This document shows, in pieces, positions 63,186 to 64,000 of a stretch of DNA of 64,000 nucleotides. How positions within the stretch are numbered: position 1 is the stretch's first letter; every line of letters starts with the position of its first letter. The position numbers and the translations under genes were made by a program. The DNA comes from Octopus sinensis. Taxonomy: Eukaryota. The stretch is from NCBI RefSeq assembly GCF_006345805.1, contig NC_043005.1, forward strand, positions 34,844,001 to 34,908,000. Reading direction: 5' to 3'. Under the pieces are notes generated by a model that was not told the origin of the DNA, made no database searches, and saw nothing but the letters and a program-made list of their open reading frames with translations.

Positions 63186-64000
63186 ATGATATGTTAACAT
63201 CAAAATATGAAGACATTAACTACTTAGACCATTTGAAATTCAACCAGACAACTATTAAGAGTAGTTAGGAATATGGTGGTAAATAAAAGCCAGCCAATTA
63301 AATTCATACGCAGCACTAATAAAATAGGCAACTGCCTGACCATTCAGGAATTCATGCTCATTTGGGAAGTGAATATTGAAGTATAAAATGAAAAAAAAAG
63401 AGAAAAGACGAGGTGCAACTGTTGCCAGGAAATATGTTAAACAAAAGTCAGTGTTTTAAATGAGTTTTTGAAGGACCAGCAGTTAAATAATGAGTAGATA
63501 TAGGAATAAACTGAATGGTTCAATGCCAGACATGCAAAAACATGTGGCATTCGGTGATTAATGACTTATTCATTCTTACTGTTATATGTTTAAATATGGG
63601 ACACTATCTTGATTATATCTGGCTGCTCTTATGAAGTAAAGTGTTAATGAAAACACTGAAATAACAAGCCCTGCTTGATGGTCACTCGCTGAAATCTTAA
63701 GGGCAGTCCATAGACCCACAATATATGGTATGTTTTATAAATGGTGAAGGCAAGAATTATGGCAGTATTACCAACTTAAATAAGAAGGCTGTCGTGTTGT
63801 GTGTGTGTGTGTGAGAAAGAGAGAGAGAGATCGAAGTAGAGAGAATTGGTTCTAAAGAGGTATATTAGGAATAAAATAACAGATGAAATAGTGAATGACG
63901 ACTGGAAAGAGTGGAGTAGAAATGGTTTTGGAATTGCAAGATGTTGGAGTTTTATATGAAATGGAAAGTAGTGAAATATCCAGATTCATTTTACATTTAA

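Overview
Eukaryotic, AT-rich, microsatellite-dense DNA. Its repeat families look like those of an octopod cephalopod (Octopus-like); this is inferred from repeat content, not proven. There is no bacterial-style gene content, no CRISPR array and no intact long ORF. Almost all entries in the six-frame track are artefacts of simple repeats or fragments of transposons. The window is dominated by four things. (1) At least three tRNA-headed SINE families plus an RTE-tailed repeat. (2) Decayed LINEs: RTE (several), CR1, and two restriction-like-endonuclease (R4/Dong-type) fragments. (3) DNA transposons: a full-length but broken mariner, a second mariner fragment, two Tc1-superfamily ends, a hAT MITE and a TTAA/piggyBac-like MITE family. 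(4) Micro- and minisatellites. Several short segments have good splice signals and open frames, mostly on the minus strand, which suggests the window may be introns of an unidentified gene; I could not identify the protein. The most notable structures are a type I hammerhead-ribozyme fold (one core substitution) inside a 25-bp inverted-repeat-bounded element at about 52.9-53.1 kb, a 102-bp near-perfect SINE-tail palindrome at 17.1 kb, a SINE family that sits in (TAA)n tracts, and a (GAT)-derived higher-order minisatellite. Repeat boundaries were placed by eye and are approximate (about +/-20 bp) unless TIRs or splice sites are quoted.
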